From positions 124,001 through 188,000 of IMG/VR virus record IMGVR_UViG_3300015265_000001: DNA of 64,000 nt. One strand, written 5' to 3'. Made by a program: the position numbers and the translations under genes. The notes beneath the pieces were generated by a model. It was not told the DNA's origin and did no database searches. It saw only the letters and a list, made by a program, of their open reading frames with translations. How positions within the stretch are numbered: position 1 is the first letter of the stretch; every line of letters begins with the position of its first letter. Of the stretch, positions 44,315 through 53,140 are shown in pieces.

Positions 44315-46245
44315 ATGCCTATGAGGAGATGAAAGCGCTCCATGACGAGATTGCTCGTCTCAACACTGAGTTCCATATGCAGAACAAGGAACCCATCCCA
44401 AACGCTGAGTTCGACAAGAAGGTATTGCGGTTCGAAGAACTGACAGAGCTCTATCCGGACATTGCTCGTCACTTGGTGGGGGACGAAGCCCCAGTTACCA
44501 TGGCCAACCCCATTACGGCCCTAGAGCTGGTCGAGTTCAAAGAGCCAATGCTCAGTCTGAAAAAGGCATTGAGCATTGAGGCCCTGGATAAATGGCGCGA
44601 CAAACTCCCGCCCGGCACAATCGTTATCTACGAACTGAAGCTGGATGGTTTAGCGTTGGATCTGCTGTATGAGAACCGTAAGCTGTTTCGGATGTGTACA
44701 CGTCGAGATGGGTTGTTCGGTGAGGATGTCACTCACTCGGCCAACCTGTTTAGCAATGTGCCTCTGACGCTTCCTATGCACTTCCCTGAGACGTTTTCTA
44801 TTCGGGGTGAAGCGGTATTGCCATTTGCTGACTTCCTCGCCTATAACGAGGCTGTAGAGAAGCCGATGGTCACTCCGCGTAATGCGGCAAGTGGATGGGT
44901 GCGCACCAGTCGCGGTAACCAGAATCCTGAAACCATTGGTAAGTTGAAGTTCTTTGCTTATGGTTCCAGCGAGCGGTTTGATTGTGAGCTCTACATGGAC
45001 TTACGCACTGTTTGGCGTGAGGCTGGTTTCGATGTGGCTCCTGTGTTGTCCCTGGAAGATCTGAAGAGCGGTGAACGCGATCTATATCTGCCAACAGACG
45101 GGGTGGTTGGTAAGGTCAACAGCTTTGCCGAACAAGACCGCTTGGGGGAGACCAACAAGTACCCTAACTGGGGTATCGCTTACAAGTATCCGGATGAAGA
45201 AGTCGAAGCGGCTTACGACACCACTATCTGGAAGACAGGTAAGACAGGGCGCGTTAACCCAACGATCATCTATCATCCGGTTAAGGTAGGTGGAGTGACC
45301 TGTAGTCGAGCAAGCATTGATAACTATCACCAGTTCATGGCCTTAGGACTGCGTGAGGACTCGACCCTGGCCGTTCGTCGCAATAACGATGTTATCCCCC
45401 GGGTGCATCGTGTCGTTGATCCTGGAGCAGGAGAGCGTGTTAAAGCACCGGATACCTGTCCGAGTTGTGGAACCACTCTGCGACTCAAGACCAGTGATGC
45501 TAGCGCATTCCTTTACTGTGATAACGTAGCGGAATGTCCGAGTCAGTTGCTGAACCGTTGCCTGTCGTTTGTCAGCCGGGGTTGTCTCGATATTGACGGC
45601 CTAGGTCCAGTCTTGTTGTCTGAGCTGATCGAGCGAGAAGACATCGAGTATCCAGCGGATATCCTGTTCTTGGAGCCGACGTATATCCATGCGTCTATCT
45701 GGGACAACATTCGCAAGGTCGACCACATACCCATGCACAAGGCTATCTTCGCGATGGGTTTGCCGGGTATTGAAGTCATCCGCGCCAAGAAACTTGCTAC
45801 GGCCATGAACCAGGCCGGTGTTCGTCCTTTCCCGGAAGAAATCATCCACTGGCTGAGCAATAAGGATAACCTGAAAAAGATCAAAGGGTTTGGTAACAAG
45901 CTCGCTGATCCAATTGCCAGAGCTATGGAGACGGACGCTATTTTGAATAACGCAAACCGGTTATTCAAAAGGGTTTATCCGTTTTACAAGGAGGAAGCAA
46001 CCGAACAAAAGATTTGTATCACCGGCGAAGTGGGCCTTGCTCGTGAAGGCTTGAAGGACTCCCTGGAACTGGTGGGTATCGAGTTGGTGGATAACCTCAC
46101 CAAAGACTGCCAGTTGCTCCTAGTGGGGGAGAAACCAGGAGAGAAGAAACAGTTAAAAGCAACCGCGCTGGGTATCCCTATGGTAACTATTGCCAGGGTT
46201 TCCAGTATTGAAGATTTGGTCGACCAGATCAATAACCGCAAATAA
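44311..46245 (+). CDS. ligA: NAD+-dependent DNA ligase
   Basis: KLDG adenylation motif, RGE, DGVV, AYK, OB-fold GKTG, CPSC...C...C zinc finger, C-terminal BRCT. Confidence 0.95.
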   Translation: MNAYEEMKALHDEIARLNTEFHMQNKEPIPNAEFDKKVLRFEELTELYPDIARHLVGDEAPVTMANPITALELVEFKEPMLSLKKALSIEALDKWRDKLPPGTIVIYELKLDGLALDLLYENRKLFRMCTRRDGLFGEDVTHSANLFSNVPLTLPMHFPETFSIRGEAVLPFADFLAYNEAVEKPMVTPRNAASGWVRTSRGNQNPETIGKLKFFAYGSSERFDCELYMDLRTVWREAGFDVAPVLSLEDLKSGERDLYLPTDGVVGKVNSFAEQDRLGETNKYPNWGIAYKYPDEEVEAAYDTTIWKTGKTGRVNPTIIYHPVKVGGVTCSRASIDNYHQFMALGLREDSTLAVRRNNDVIPRVHRVVDPGAGERVKAPDTCPSCGTTLRLKTSDASAFLYCDNVAECPSQLLNRCLSFVSRGCLDIDGLGPVLLSELIEREDIEYPADILFLEPTYIHASIWDNIRKVDHIPMHKAIFAMGLPGIEVIRAKKLATAMNQAGVRPFPEEIIHWLSNKDNLKKIKGFGNKLADPIARAMETDAILNNANRLFKRVYPFYKEEATEQKICITGEVGLAREGLKDSLELVGIELVDNLTKDCQLLLVGEKPGEKKQLKATALGIPMVTIARVSSIEDLVDQINNRK

Positions 46246-46257
46246 GGGACGCAACTC

Positions 46258-47679
46258 ATGACCACCGCAACCGAAAAGAAAGCAAATGCACCTGATCTCA
46301 AAGCAGTACCAGCACCCAAGCAAATGGACAAAACGCCTAAGCCGGCTGAAAAAGCTGCCGACAAAGGTAAAGCGGTTCCTGGCGATCAGCCTAAATCTGT
46401 GAAGATCGTTAACTCCAGCGTGTCCGGCAAACCCCTCAAGCAGGTGATGACCGTCGAACAGGCTGTCGACAAGATCAAGTCCGAACTGCCGGCCGTTGCC
46501 AATGAATGGAACCTCGATAAGTTCGGCGGCTCGTTCACGCCCAAGTATCACACCAAAGAAGAGCTGGCCGCTCTGAAGACTCCGTGGGTAATGGTCAAGG
46601 GCGTTCTGATTGAACCGTCCCAGACCGATATCCCCGAATCCTACCGCATCCAGACGAATAGCGGACAGACCTTCTGGCTCCACACCACACCGACGCTGAC
46701 GACCCCCGCCACACCGCGTACGTTCTCGCACTTCCTCGTCGAAATTGACGGGTTTGTTGTGCAGTTCCTGCTCGATGACAAATCGTCGGTTGATATCCAG
46801 AGCTTCGATATTGGCCGCGCTGGCTTTGGTGCTAATGTTCGTCCGTCTCAGGGGTCTAACCAGGTGGTGCTGATCAACTCCGACAGTACCCACGACACCT
46901 TCCTCGGCGACGTAATGCTCGAGAATCAGTCGACACGTGGCTGTGTATTCAGCCAGTCTACGGTCAGCTCTCGTCCTCGTTATACCGACCATAAGGCACC
47001 GTGGCTGGATCGCGACAGCGGGCACCGTCAGAAGCTGAAGTGGTCGCATATCAGCCGGTCTACCGTCTACAATTCGGTGCTGGTTGACTCGCTGTATCTG
47101 CGTGACTGCGCCATCGATAACAGCAACATCAAGACCACCGAAACATTCCGCGCCGATACCTGCACCATCAAGGATTCGACCATCAAGGGCAATGTGGCGG
47201 ATCTGAAGTTCGCTAATCTGGAACGGACCTACATTCCGTCGACGGGTTCGGTACTGATCGTTAATACGCGCATGACCGACGAATCGCTGGGCGAGCGTCC
47301 GGTGTACATTCCAAACAAGTTCAGTACGCTGAAGGTCGATCTGCCGTTCGACCATCTCTTCATGCGTCGTGAAAGTGTGAAGAAGGTCGTTCTCGGCACC
47401 GGCTACCACAAACCAGTCGAACTGGATGTGGATGCAACGCTGGAAGAAACCGATGCCGCCGTACGCGCAGTGTTGCGTGGCTCTTCGTATCACAACCCGC
47501 TCGATCCGGACATGAAGGACCCAGTGGTGTCCAACTTGATCCATTATGTAGTGCAGTCGCTGCGTTCGCGTCTGCGTGTGGTCAAAATGCTCGACAGCAC
47601 CGTGCGTACCGCTCGTGTGGTCACCGGCGAGATTCATCGCGAGGATTACGATGATGACTTTAGACCTCGTCCTTTCTAA
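46258..47679 (+). CDS. Hypothetical protein with probable beta-solenoid region
   Basis: K/P/A-rich N-tail; short-period S/T-x-I/V repeats (NSVLVDS, DCAIDNSNIK, TCTIKDSTIKG). Confidence 0.6.
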   Translation: MTTATEKKANAPDLKAVPAPKQMDKTPKPAEKAADKGKAVPGDQPKSVKIVNSSVSGKPLKQVMTVEQAVDKIKSELPAVANEWNLDKFGGSFTPKYHTKEELAALKTPWVMVKGVLIEPSQTDIPESYRIQTNSGQTFWLHTTPTLTTPATPRTFSHFLVEIDGFVVQFLLDDKSSVDIQSFDIGRAGFGANVRPSQGSNQVVLINSDSTHDTFLGDVMLENQSTRGCVFSQSTVSSRPRYTDHKAPWLDRDSGHRQKLKWSHISRSTVYNSVLVDSLYLRDCAIDNSNIKTTETFRADTCTIKDSTIKGNVADLKFANLERTYIPSTGSVLIVNTRMTDESLGERPVYIPNKFSTLKVDLPFDHLFMRRESVKKVVLGTGYHKPVELDVDATLEETDAAVRAVLRGSSYHNPLDPDMKDPVVSNLIHYVVQSLRSRLRVVKMLDSTVRTARVVTGEIHREDYDDDFRPRPF

Positions 47680-47690
47680 CCCTTAGCTAG

Positions 47691-47721
47691 TAGCCTGCCC
47701 TATTAACAGTAGGGCAGGTTT
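47691..47721. terminator. Intergenic hairpin
   Basis: AGCCTGCCCTA/TAGGGCAGGTT; no U-tract. Confidence 0.5.
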
Positions 47722-47732
47722 AAGAGATTACC

Positions 47733-48215
47733 ATGAGTAAAAAACAACCCCCTATTACCTACAAGGTGCATACGGATGGCAGTGCGCTGGGTAACCCAGG
47801 TCCTGGAGGTTATGGGATTGTAGCGAGATGCGGAGACGAGGTTGTCACACTCTCGAAGGGTTACTACCGCACAACTAACAACCGTATGGAGTTGCTAGCG
47901 GTTATTGTTGCATTGGAGGAGTTCGCCAAGCCAGGTACAGTCTTTGAAGTTACGACCGATTCGATGTACGTGATCAATTCGGCTACTAAGTGGCTGAGTG
48001 GTTGGGCGCGTAGCAATTGGATCGCCTGGAAGACCCAACAGCCTATTAAGAACAAAGACCTCTGGCAACGCATTCAGCCTTTGCTGAAAGCTAACAAGGT
48101 TAAGTTCTTCTGGGTACGTGGGCACACTGGTGTACCAGATAACGAACTGGCGGATAAACTGGCTGTAGCTGCCGCTAATAATCCAACTGAAACTGATGAA
48201 GGTTTCATGGGGTGA
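47733..48215 (+). CDS. rnhA: Ribonuclease HI
   Basis: TDGSALGNPGPGG, TTNNRMEL, TDS, KNKDLW, WVRGH..NELAD. Confidence 0.97.
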   Translation: MSKKQPPITYKVHTDGSALGNPGPGGYGIVARCGDEVVTLSKGYYRTTNNRMELLAVIVALEEFAKPGTVFEVTTDSMYVINSATKWLSGWARSNWIAWKTQQPIKNKDLWQRIQPLLKANKVKFFWVRGHTGVPDNELADKLAVAAANNPTETDEGFMG

Positions 48216-48219
48216 TCAA

Positions 48220-48450
48220 ATGAGCGAACAGTGCTACATTTGTAAATTCGTAATGGAAGATAACGCGGGGACGGAGTTTATCCCCTACCAACTTCCAGAG
48301 CTGAGTGATTACCCTGTTATGGTTTGTGCTGTTTGCGAGCGATCTAAAGAGCACCAGGACAACGTGGAAATGACTGACCTCAACCACAGAGCCGAAGCCA
48401 GTCACCAGGAATACATGGCGTCGCTTCACGAAGAAGAAAACAACGATTAA
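48220..48450 (+). CDS. Small zinc-ribbon protein
   Basis: CYIC...CAVC; start at ATG 48220. Confidence 0.6.
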   Translation: MSEQCYICKFVMEDNAGTEFIPYQLPELSDYPVMVCAVCERSKEHQDNVEMTDLNHRAEASHQEYMASLHEEENND

Positions 48451-48472
48451 CTATCATTGGGGGCTAGGGGTA

Positions 48473-49408
48473 ATGGGAACTGATATGGAATTTAAGCCGG
48501 TCTTGTGTATCTACCACAAAGACTGCCTGGATGGCATCGGAGCGGCTTGGGTCGTTTGGCGTCACTTCAAGAACATGGGCATTGAGATCGAACTCGTTGC
48601 CGCGAACTACAAAGACAAGATGCCCGACGTAGATGGCAAGGTGGTTTACGTAGTGGATTTCAGTTATCCTCGCCCTCTCATGGAAGACATGCTGCGTCGT
48701 GCCCATGATGTGGTGGTACTGGATCACCACACGTCGGCGAAGAAAAACCTCGAAGGACTCTTTGTGGTAGACGAGAGCCATTCGGGGGCAATGCTGGCCT
48801 GGAAGTATTTCAACCATACTCCTCCGCCACAAGGTTTGTTGTACGTTGAAGATCGTGACCTGTGGAAGTTCAAATACCCAGAGACCAATAACTGGGTAAC
48901 CGCGGCGTTCTCGTATCCTTTCAACGTCGAGCAGTTCGATGCGTTGATGAATACTGATCCATTGGACCTTATTCATGAAGGCAAAATACTGTTGCGTAAA
49001 CATCAGCAGGATTGTTCGCGAGTAGCCCTGAACACCCGCACGATGAAATGCATGGGCTATGAAGTACCTGTGGTCAACGCTAACATCTTCTTTGCGTCTG
49101 ACCTGGGTCACCTCCTTTCTGCAAACGCCCCGTTCGCGCTGATCTACATGGATCTGCCTGGCGGGCGTAAGTATTCCATTCGTTGTCAGAAAGACACTGA
49201 CTTCGATGTATCGCTTATCGCCGAGTACTTTGGTGGTGGCGGTCATAAAGACGCGTCCGGTTTCACGATCGCTTATGACGACAAGCGCTTTGCTCGCAGC
49301 CATGAGGTGCTTGATTACACCGTCTGGGAGAAGATCAAGGGAACCTGCGGCTACATGATGTACAGCCTCAAAACTGAACTCAAAGCAATTGCTGGGATCT
49401 TCAAATGA
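48473..49408 (+). CDS. DHH/DHHA1 phosphoesterase
   Basis: HKDCLDG, VDF, LDHH, SGA, DRDLW and GGGGHKDASG motifs. Confidence 0.9.
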   Translation: MGTDMEFKPVLCIYHKDCLDGIGAAWVVWRHFKNMGIEIELVAANYKDKMPDVDGKVVYVVDFSYPRPLMEDMLRRAHDVVVLDHHTSAKKNLEGLFVVDESHSGAMLAWKYFNHTPPPQGLLYVEDRDLWKFKYPETNNWVTAAFSYPFNVEQFDALMNTDPLDLIHEGKILLRKHQQDCSRVALNTRTMKCMGYEVPVVNANIFFASDLGHLLSANAPFALIYMDLPGGRKYSIRCQKDTDFDVSLIAEYFGGGGHKDASGFTIAYDDKRFARSHEVLDYTVWEKIKGTCGYMMYSLKTELKAIAGIFK

Positions 49409-49698
49409 AAAACAAGGCAGTTAAGTTCTTTCGTTATGCCGGTGTCTGGCGTTATAAGGAAATCGGTAAGGATGTAGCAGACGCAGTTGATACCCGGATG
49501 TTGGAAACCGTTCTGGGTGTTATGGGCGGGCCTTTGGTGTATGTCTGCCGCGATACCGGTAAACCAGAGTTTACCAAACTGCGCATTGAAGTACGTAACG
49601 GCTTTATCATCCGGGCTTCTGTAGCCGAAGACGATAACGTTCCTTTTGCAGAAGGTAAAGAGGTGGAAGAATTCTTCATCCGCCCATTGATGAATTAA
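49405..49698 (+). CDS. Hypothetical protein
   Basis: 97 aa, ATGA overlap. Confidence 0.6.
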   Translation: MKNKAVKFFRYAGVWRYKEIGKDVADAVDTRMLETVLGVMGGPLVYVCRDTGKPEFTKLRIEVRNGFIIRASVAEDDNVPFAEGKEVEEFFIRPLMN

Positions 49699-49709
49699 GG
49701 AAACCAGGT

Positions 49710-49877
49710 ATGGAAAGCGAATATGTGTTTGCTATCTCGGACGAAGGTACCCTGTGTCCAGTCCCAGGCAATGAGGCGCTTTACGAAGCAGTTAAAGACG
49801 CCTGCCATCGTTTGAGGCCACGCGTCGGTTCCGGTAAGACCATGGTACGCGTGGAAGTTAAACGTATCAAGGACTAA
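49710..49877 (+). CDS. Small hypothetical protein (55 aa), not in ORF track
   Basis: MESEYVFAISDEGTLCPVPG...KRIKD; AAGGA RBS; fills the gap exactly. Confidence 0.6.
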   Translation: MESEYVFAISDEGTLCPVPGNEALYEAVKDACHRLRPRVGSGKTMVRVEVKRIKD

Positions 49878-49882
49878 CCACA

Positions 49883-50332
49883 ATGGAACTCGATTACAGT
49901 TATGTGAGCGTGCAGCTTAAACCAGAGCTACAGGCGGACATCATCAACGCTATGGTGTTGGCGGGTGTTTCTCCGGAAGCTAAGCACGAGCTGCACTGCA
50001 CGATGGTTTACGATAAGCGTGACATCGACAAACCGCTGTGCAACCTGATGCCTCCATCTAAGGAATTCAAGGCGAACGTTATCTCCTTGGAAACCCTGGG
50101 TGATGGCATGGTGTTTCATCTTACCAGCACTGATATGCTGGAAGAGTTCCGCCGGTTGAAAGATGAGGGTTACGTGCATTCGTACGGAACACCTTTGTTC
50201 CACATGTCGTTGAAGTATGATTTCGATAAACACGACATCCTCGCCATCAACCATGCGTTCGCTGATTGGGGTGGCCGTACGTTGATCTTCCACAACGAAC
50301 AGTTCGGCATCAAGAAACCCAAGAAGAAGTAA
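49883..50332 (+). CDS. acb1: 2H phosphoesterase, Acb1 (T4 gp57B)-like
   Basis: 149 aa; LHCTMVYD and G..HSY...FHMSLKYD match T4 Acb1 IHSTICYS and G..HDF...PHITLSYN in order and approximate spacing (recalled sequence). Confidence 0.7.
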   Translation: MELDYSYVSVQLKPELQADIINAMVLAGVSPEAKHELHCTMVYDKRDIDKPLCNLMPPSKEFKANVISLETLGDGMVFHLTSTDMLEEFRRLKDEGYVHSYGTPLFHMSLKYDFDKHDILAINHAFADWGGRTLIFHNEQFGIKKPKKK

Positions 50333-50339
50333 CCCGGTA

Positions 50340-50389
50340 CTACTCCTACTCCCTTTACGGGGAGTAGGAGTAGGCTACCTTTATTTTTT
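50340..50389 (+). terminator. Intrinsic terminator
   Basis: CTACTCCTACTCCCT-TTAC-GGGGAGTAGGAGTAG followed by a T-run. Confidence 0.85.
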
Positions 50390-50409
50390 GCATTTTAACT
50401 TACAGCTTA

Positions 50410-50427
50410 TTTCAAGGCTACATTATT
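50410..50427 (+). promoter_or_regulatory. Early phage promoter
   Basis: TTTCAAGGCTACATTATT; variant of TTTGAAACCTACATTATT. Confidence 0.65.
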
Positions 50428-50467
50428 CGTGTGTATAAACAACATACTTCTCTTTGGGAGAAACATA

Positions 50468-50608
50468 ATGAAAGCTGCCTTCGTGCTTGTAGGTCTGATT
50501 TGCGTTGTAGTGTCCTGCGGCCTGATCGCAGTACATCATGAACCTTCCGATGCTGGCAATAGCTCCGAGTACATTACCCGGGGCATTTTGAACGCTACTA
50601 AACACTAA
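50468..50608 (+). CDS. 46-aa membrane peptide or small lipoprotein, not in ORF track
   Basis: MKAAFVLVGLICVVVS-C lipobox-like signal; GGGAG RBS. Confidence 0.6.
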   Translation: MKAAFVLVGLICVVVSCGLIAVHHEPSDAGNSSEYITRGILNATKH

Positions 50609-50616
50609 CGGGTAAA

Positions 50617-50660
50617 TTTAAGATACAGTCGATTTCATGTCTATATTACCTGTGTGATTA
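50617..50660 (+). promoter_or_regulatory. Extended early promoter, copy 2
   Basis: 36/44 identical to 14647-14690, ungapped. Confidence 0.75.
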
Positions 50661-50719
50661 TTCAATAAAGATTATTCGCAATGACGAATGATCTAACCTC
50701 ACTTGAAAGGAGTACCGCT

Positions 50720-51856
50720 ATGAACACTAAGAACGTACAAGTTGAAAACACCGCATCCATGCTGGTAGCGGTAGTCTCCAACCTTCGTACTGAAAGTGCA
50801 CCGGAGGCCACTCAAATGGCCTATGTGAAATCGGTGATGCTGGACCAATCCCAGGTTCCTACCCGGGATCGTCAAGTGGTGCTGCAACTGGTGAACAACC
50901 AGCTCGGCACCAAATGGACTTTCAACCAGATCAAGAAAGCTGGTGAGTTTGTCCCAGGTGATACCGGCCCGGTCAAAGTTCAAGAACTGAACGGCGTCTC
51001 CCAGGTCAACGTCGGCGGCCAGCCAAATGAAGCTTCCTTCGTGGAGCCCAAGCTGACTGCCGATCACGCTCACCAACAATCGACTTCCCAGTCGACCACC
51101 ACTGCTCCTGACCACAACGGTCAAACCACCTCCAACGCAAACGAACAGGATGACAACACCATGAACGCACAAGCCAACATGAACAACGACACCGCCCAAT
51201 CCGTACAGGGTTTCGAAGTCGCCATGATCGCCGTCGGCCGCACCACCCCAGAACAGCGCGCTGCTGCCTGGATCGCTTACCTGGCTACCTCCCCTGAGCT
51301 GACCGCCAAGTGGGACGCCTTCCTGCTGGCCGCTGACAAAGCCACGTCGTTCGACGAAAACTTCATCACCTTCAGCGACAACCTGGGCGAAGAAGAAGGC
51401 AGCCAAGCTGTTCACGGCTTCATGCGCTGGTGTGCAGCCAACCAGCCGAAAGACGATGCTCACTACGCCGACAAGTCGCGTTTCAGCCTGATGGGTGATC
51501 GTGACGAAGGCGTTCGCACCAGCTGGATTGCAGCCGGTAGCGCAGTGATCGGCGGCGGCATGGAAATGTTCGCTCGCGGTGGTCTGACCGCTGGTTCGGC
51601 AATCGGTACTCTGGCAGGTTCCGTCGGCGCGTTCTTCGCCGGTGAACAAGTCGACGAGCACGTCGAAAGCCAATTCGGTCGTTACGTGGTCGGCGGCATG
51701 ATCGGTCTGGCCCTGGGTGGCGCAGGTTCGGCCCTGGGTCGCAGCCTGCTGCCTGGCAACAGCCTGATCAACATGGGTACCGCTGAAGTGGTTCCTGCTG
51801 CGATCGAAGTTCTGCCTGCCCCACAACAAGGCCAGGTCGGCTTCTTCGGCCTGTAA
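50720..51856 (+). CDS. Multidomain protein with C-terminal glycine-zipper membrane domain
   Basis: 378 aa from ATG 50720 (AAGGAG RBS); Q/T/N linker; C-terminal domain homologous to 14736-15068; strong codon bias. Confidence 0.75.
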   Translation: MNTKNVQVENTASMLVAVVSNLRTESAPEATQMAYVKSVMLDQSQVPTRDRQVVLQLVNNQLGTKWTFNQIKKAGEFVPGDTGPVKVQELNGVSQVNVGGQPNEASFVEPKLTADHAHQQSTSQSTTTAPDHNGQTTSNANEQDDNTMNAQANMNNDTAQSVQGFEVAMIAVGRTTPEQRAAAWIAYLATSPELTAKWDAFLLAADKATSFDENFITFSDNLGEEEGSQAVHGFMRWCAANQPKDDAHYADKSRFSLMGDRDEGVRTSWIAAGSAVIGGGMEMFARGGLTAGSAIGTLAGSVGAFFAGEQVDEHVESQFGRYVVGGMIGLALGGAGSALGRSLLPGNSLINMGTAEVVPAAIEVLPAPQQGQVGFFGL

Positions 51857-51869
51857 CCTGCCGTAGCTG

Positions 51870-51904
51870 TAAGGGGGATCTCCGGATCCCCTTATTTCTT
51901 ATTT
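51870..51904 (+). terminator. Intrinsic terminator
   Basis: GGGGGATC-TCCG-GATCCCCT followed by TATTTCTT. Confidence 0.75.
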
Positions 51905-51956
51905 GCACAAACCCCTTTTGTATAACAACCTAATTAACCTATTTTGAGGGAACAAA

Positions 51957-52274
51957 ATGAACAACGAATTTAAAGTCCGCGATAAAGTTATTGTGGCAAA
52001 CGAAGAAAACCCCAACGCCAACCGCATGGTTGAGCTGGTGGCCTATGTACAACCCGGCAATACCGTGTTCCACTACGACAGCTACTTCACTGCTGGTAAT
52101 GAAGGTGGCTGGATCGTAACTGCTGAAGACCTGGTTCACAAGACCAACTTCCGCGGTGAGATCATCAGCGACTTCGCTCTGGTGAAGCCATCTGAGATCC
52201 GTGAACTGGCTGCCGAGGATCTCGCCTTCCTCCCAAAGCTTAAAGTGAACAACCGCTACATGAACGCAGCCTAA
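51957..52274 (+). CDS. Small beta-barrel (SH3/KOW-like) protein, paralog of 52814-53140
   Basis: FKVRDKVIV...MVEL..YV.PG...GGWIVTAEDL. Confidence 0.65.
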   Translation: MNNEFKVRDKVIVANEENPNANRMVELVAYVQPGNTVFHYDSYFTAGNEGGWIVTAEDLVHKTNFRGEIISDFALVKPSEIRELAAEDLAFLPKLKVNNRYMNAA

Positions 52275-52331
52275 CATTGTTTTACTGCTGCGCTCATCTT
52301 ATCCCTTACCCGCAATAAAAGGATTTTACCC

Positions 52332-52481
52332 GTGGTCGGAAAACGTCGTCATGCCAACCCCCTCCCTGCTAGCATGTACTCCAGCAATGGCAGTGCAGAC
52401 TATCAACGTTACATCAAGGGTGTTGCGCCGCAATCCAAAGGCAACTTACTAAAGGCGATCCTTAATTGGATCTGGGGATAG
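52332..52481 (+). CDS. 49-aa peptide with amphipathic C-terminus, not in ORF track
   Basis: GTG start, AAGGA RBS; ends NLLKAILNWIWG. Confidence 0.5.
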   Translation: MVGKRRHANPLPASMYSSNGSADYQRYIKGVAPQSKGNLLKAILNWIWG

Positions 52482-52485
52482 CGGT

Positions 52486-52517
52486 TACTACTTCCTTGGC
52501 ATGCCAAGGAAGTAGTA
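52486..52517. repeat. Perfect 32-bp palindrome, probable terminator
   Basis: TACTACTTCCTTGGCA|TGCCAAGGAAGTAGTA. Confidence 0.85.
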
Positions 52518-52534
52518 CCGTTCACACTTCCTTT

Positions 52535-52559
52535 TAATTTTTGAAACCTACATTATTAG
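52535..52559 (+). promoter_or_regulatory. Early phage promoter
   Basis: 25-bp exact match to 9333-9357. Confidence 0.75.
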
Positions 52560-52567
52560 GATGTAAC

Positions 52568-52804
52568 ATGGGCCAGGTATTGCCGTTTATTAGTAAGAAA
52601 GAGCAGGAACGTATTAAACGTGAATTGTTCCTACTTGACTACCTACAACGGTATGTCAAGGATCACGAGATTGTAAGCATGGCGCGTATGTTGGGTGGTA
52701 CCTACACGTTCAACTATACACGCACGGCAGTAATGGTAACGTTCGGTAAAGAAGAAAAGCAATTGGTACTCGACGAAGTAACTCGTCGCAATCTGACTAT
52801 CTAG
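52568..52804 (+). CDS. Hypothetical protein (78 aa)
   Basis: ATG 52568 directly after the promoter; AGGA RBS. Confidence 0.6.
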   Translation: MGQVLPFISKKEQERIKRELFLLDYLQRYVKDHEIVSMARMLGGTYTFNYTRTAVMVTFGKEEKQLVLDEVTRRNLTI

Positions 52805-52813
52805 GAAATAAAC

Positions 52814-53140
52814 ATGGATAAACAGAACCTGAAAGAAGGGGATCTTTGTCTGATTGTAAGTTGTGATCCCAATATTGAAATCAACAATATGGGGCGGTGT
52901 GTAACGCTTGAGAAGTTTGTTCCTGCTGGGTCACCACATCTGTCATACAACGGCAGCCACTACCGCACTATCGCTGAAGATGGGTGGATAGTAAGCGGTG
53001 ACGATCTTTGGTGTTGGACGCTACAGAAAGGTTACTTCAAAAGCACAGAAACTGGTGTTTATGCTCGCCGTCTGAGAAAGATTGGCGACCAAGATGGACT
53101 TGACGTCAAATCAACTGAGAAGGAAAAAGAAAATGCGTGA
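52814..53140 (+). CDS. Small beta-barrel protein, paralog of 51957-52274
   Basis: LKEGDLCLIV...CVTL..FV.AG...DGWIVSGDDL. Confidence 0.65.
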   Translation: MDKQNLKEGDLCLIVSCDPNIEINNMGRCVTLEKFVPAGSPHLSYNGSHYRTIAEDGWIVSGDDLWCWTLQKGYFKSTETGVYARRLRKIGDQDGLDVKSTEKEKENA

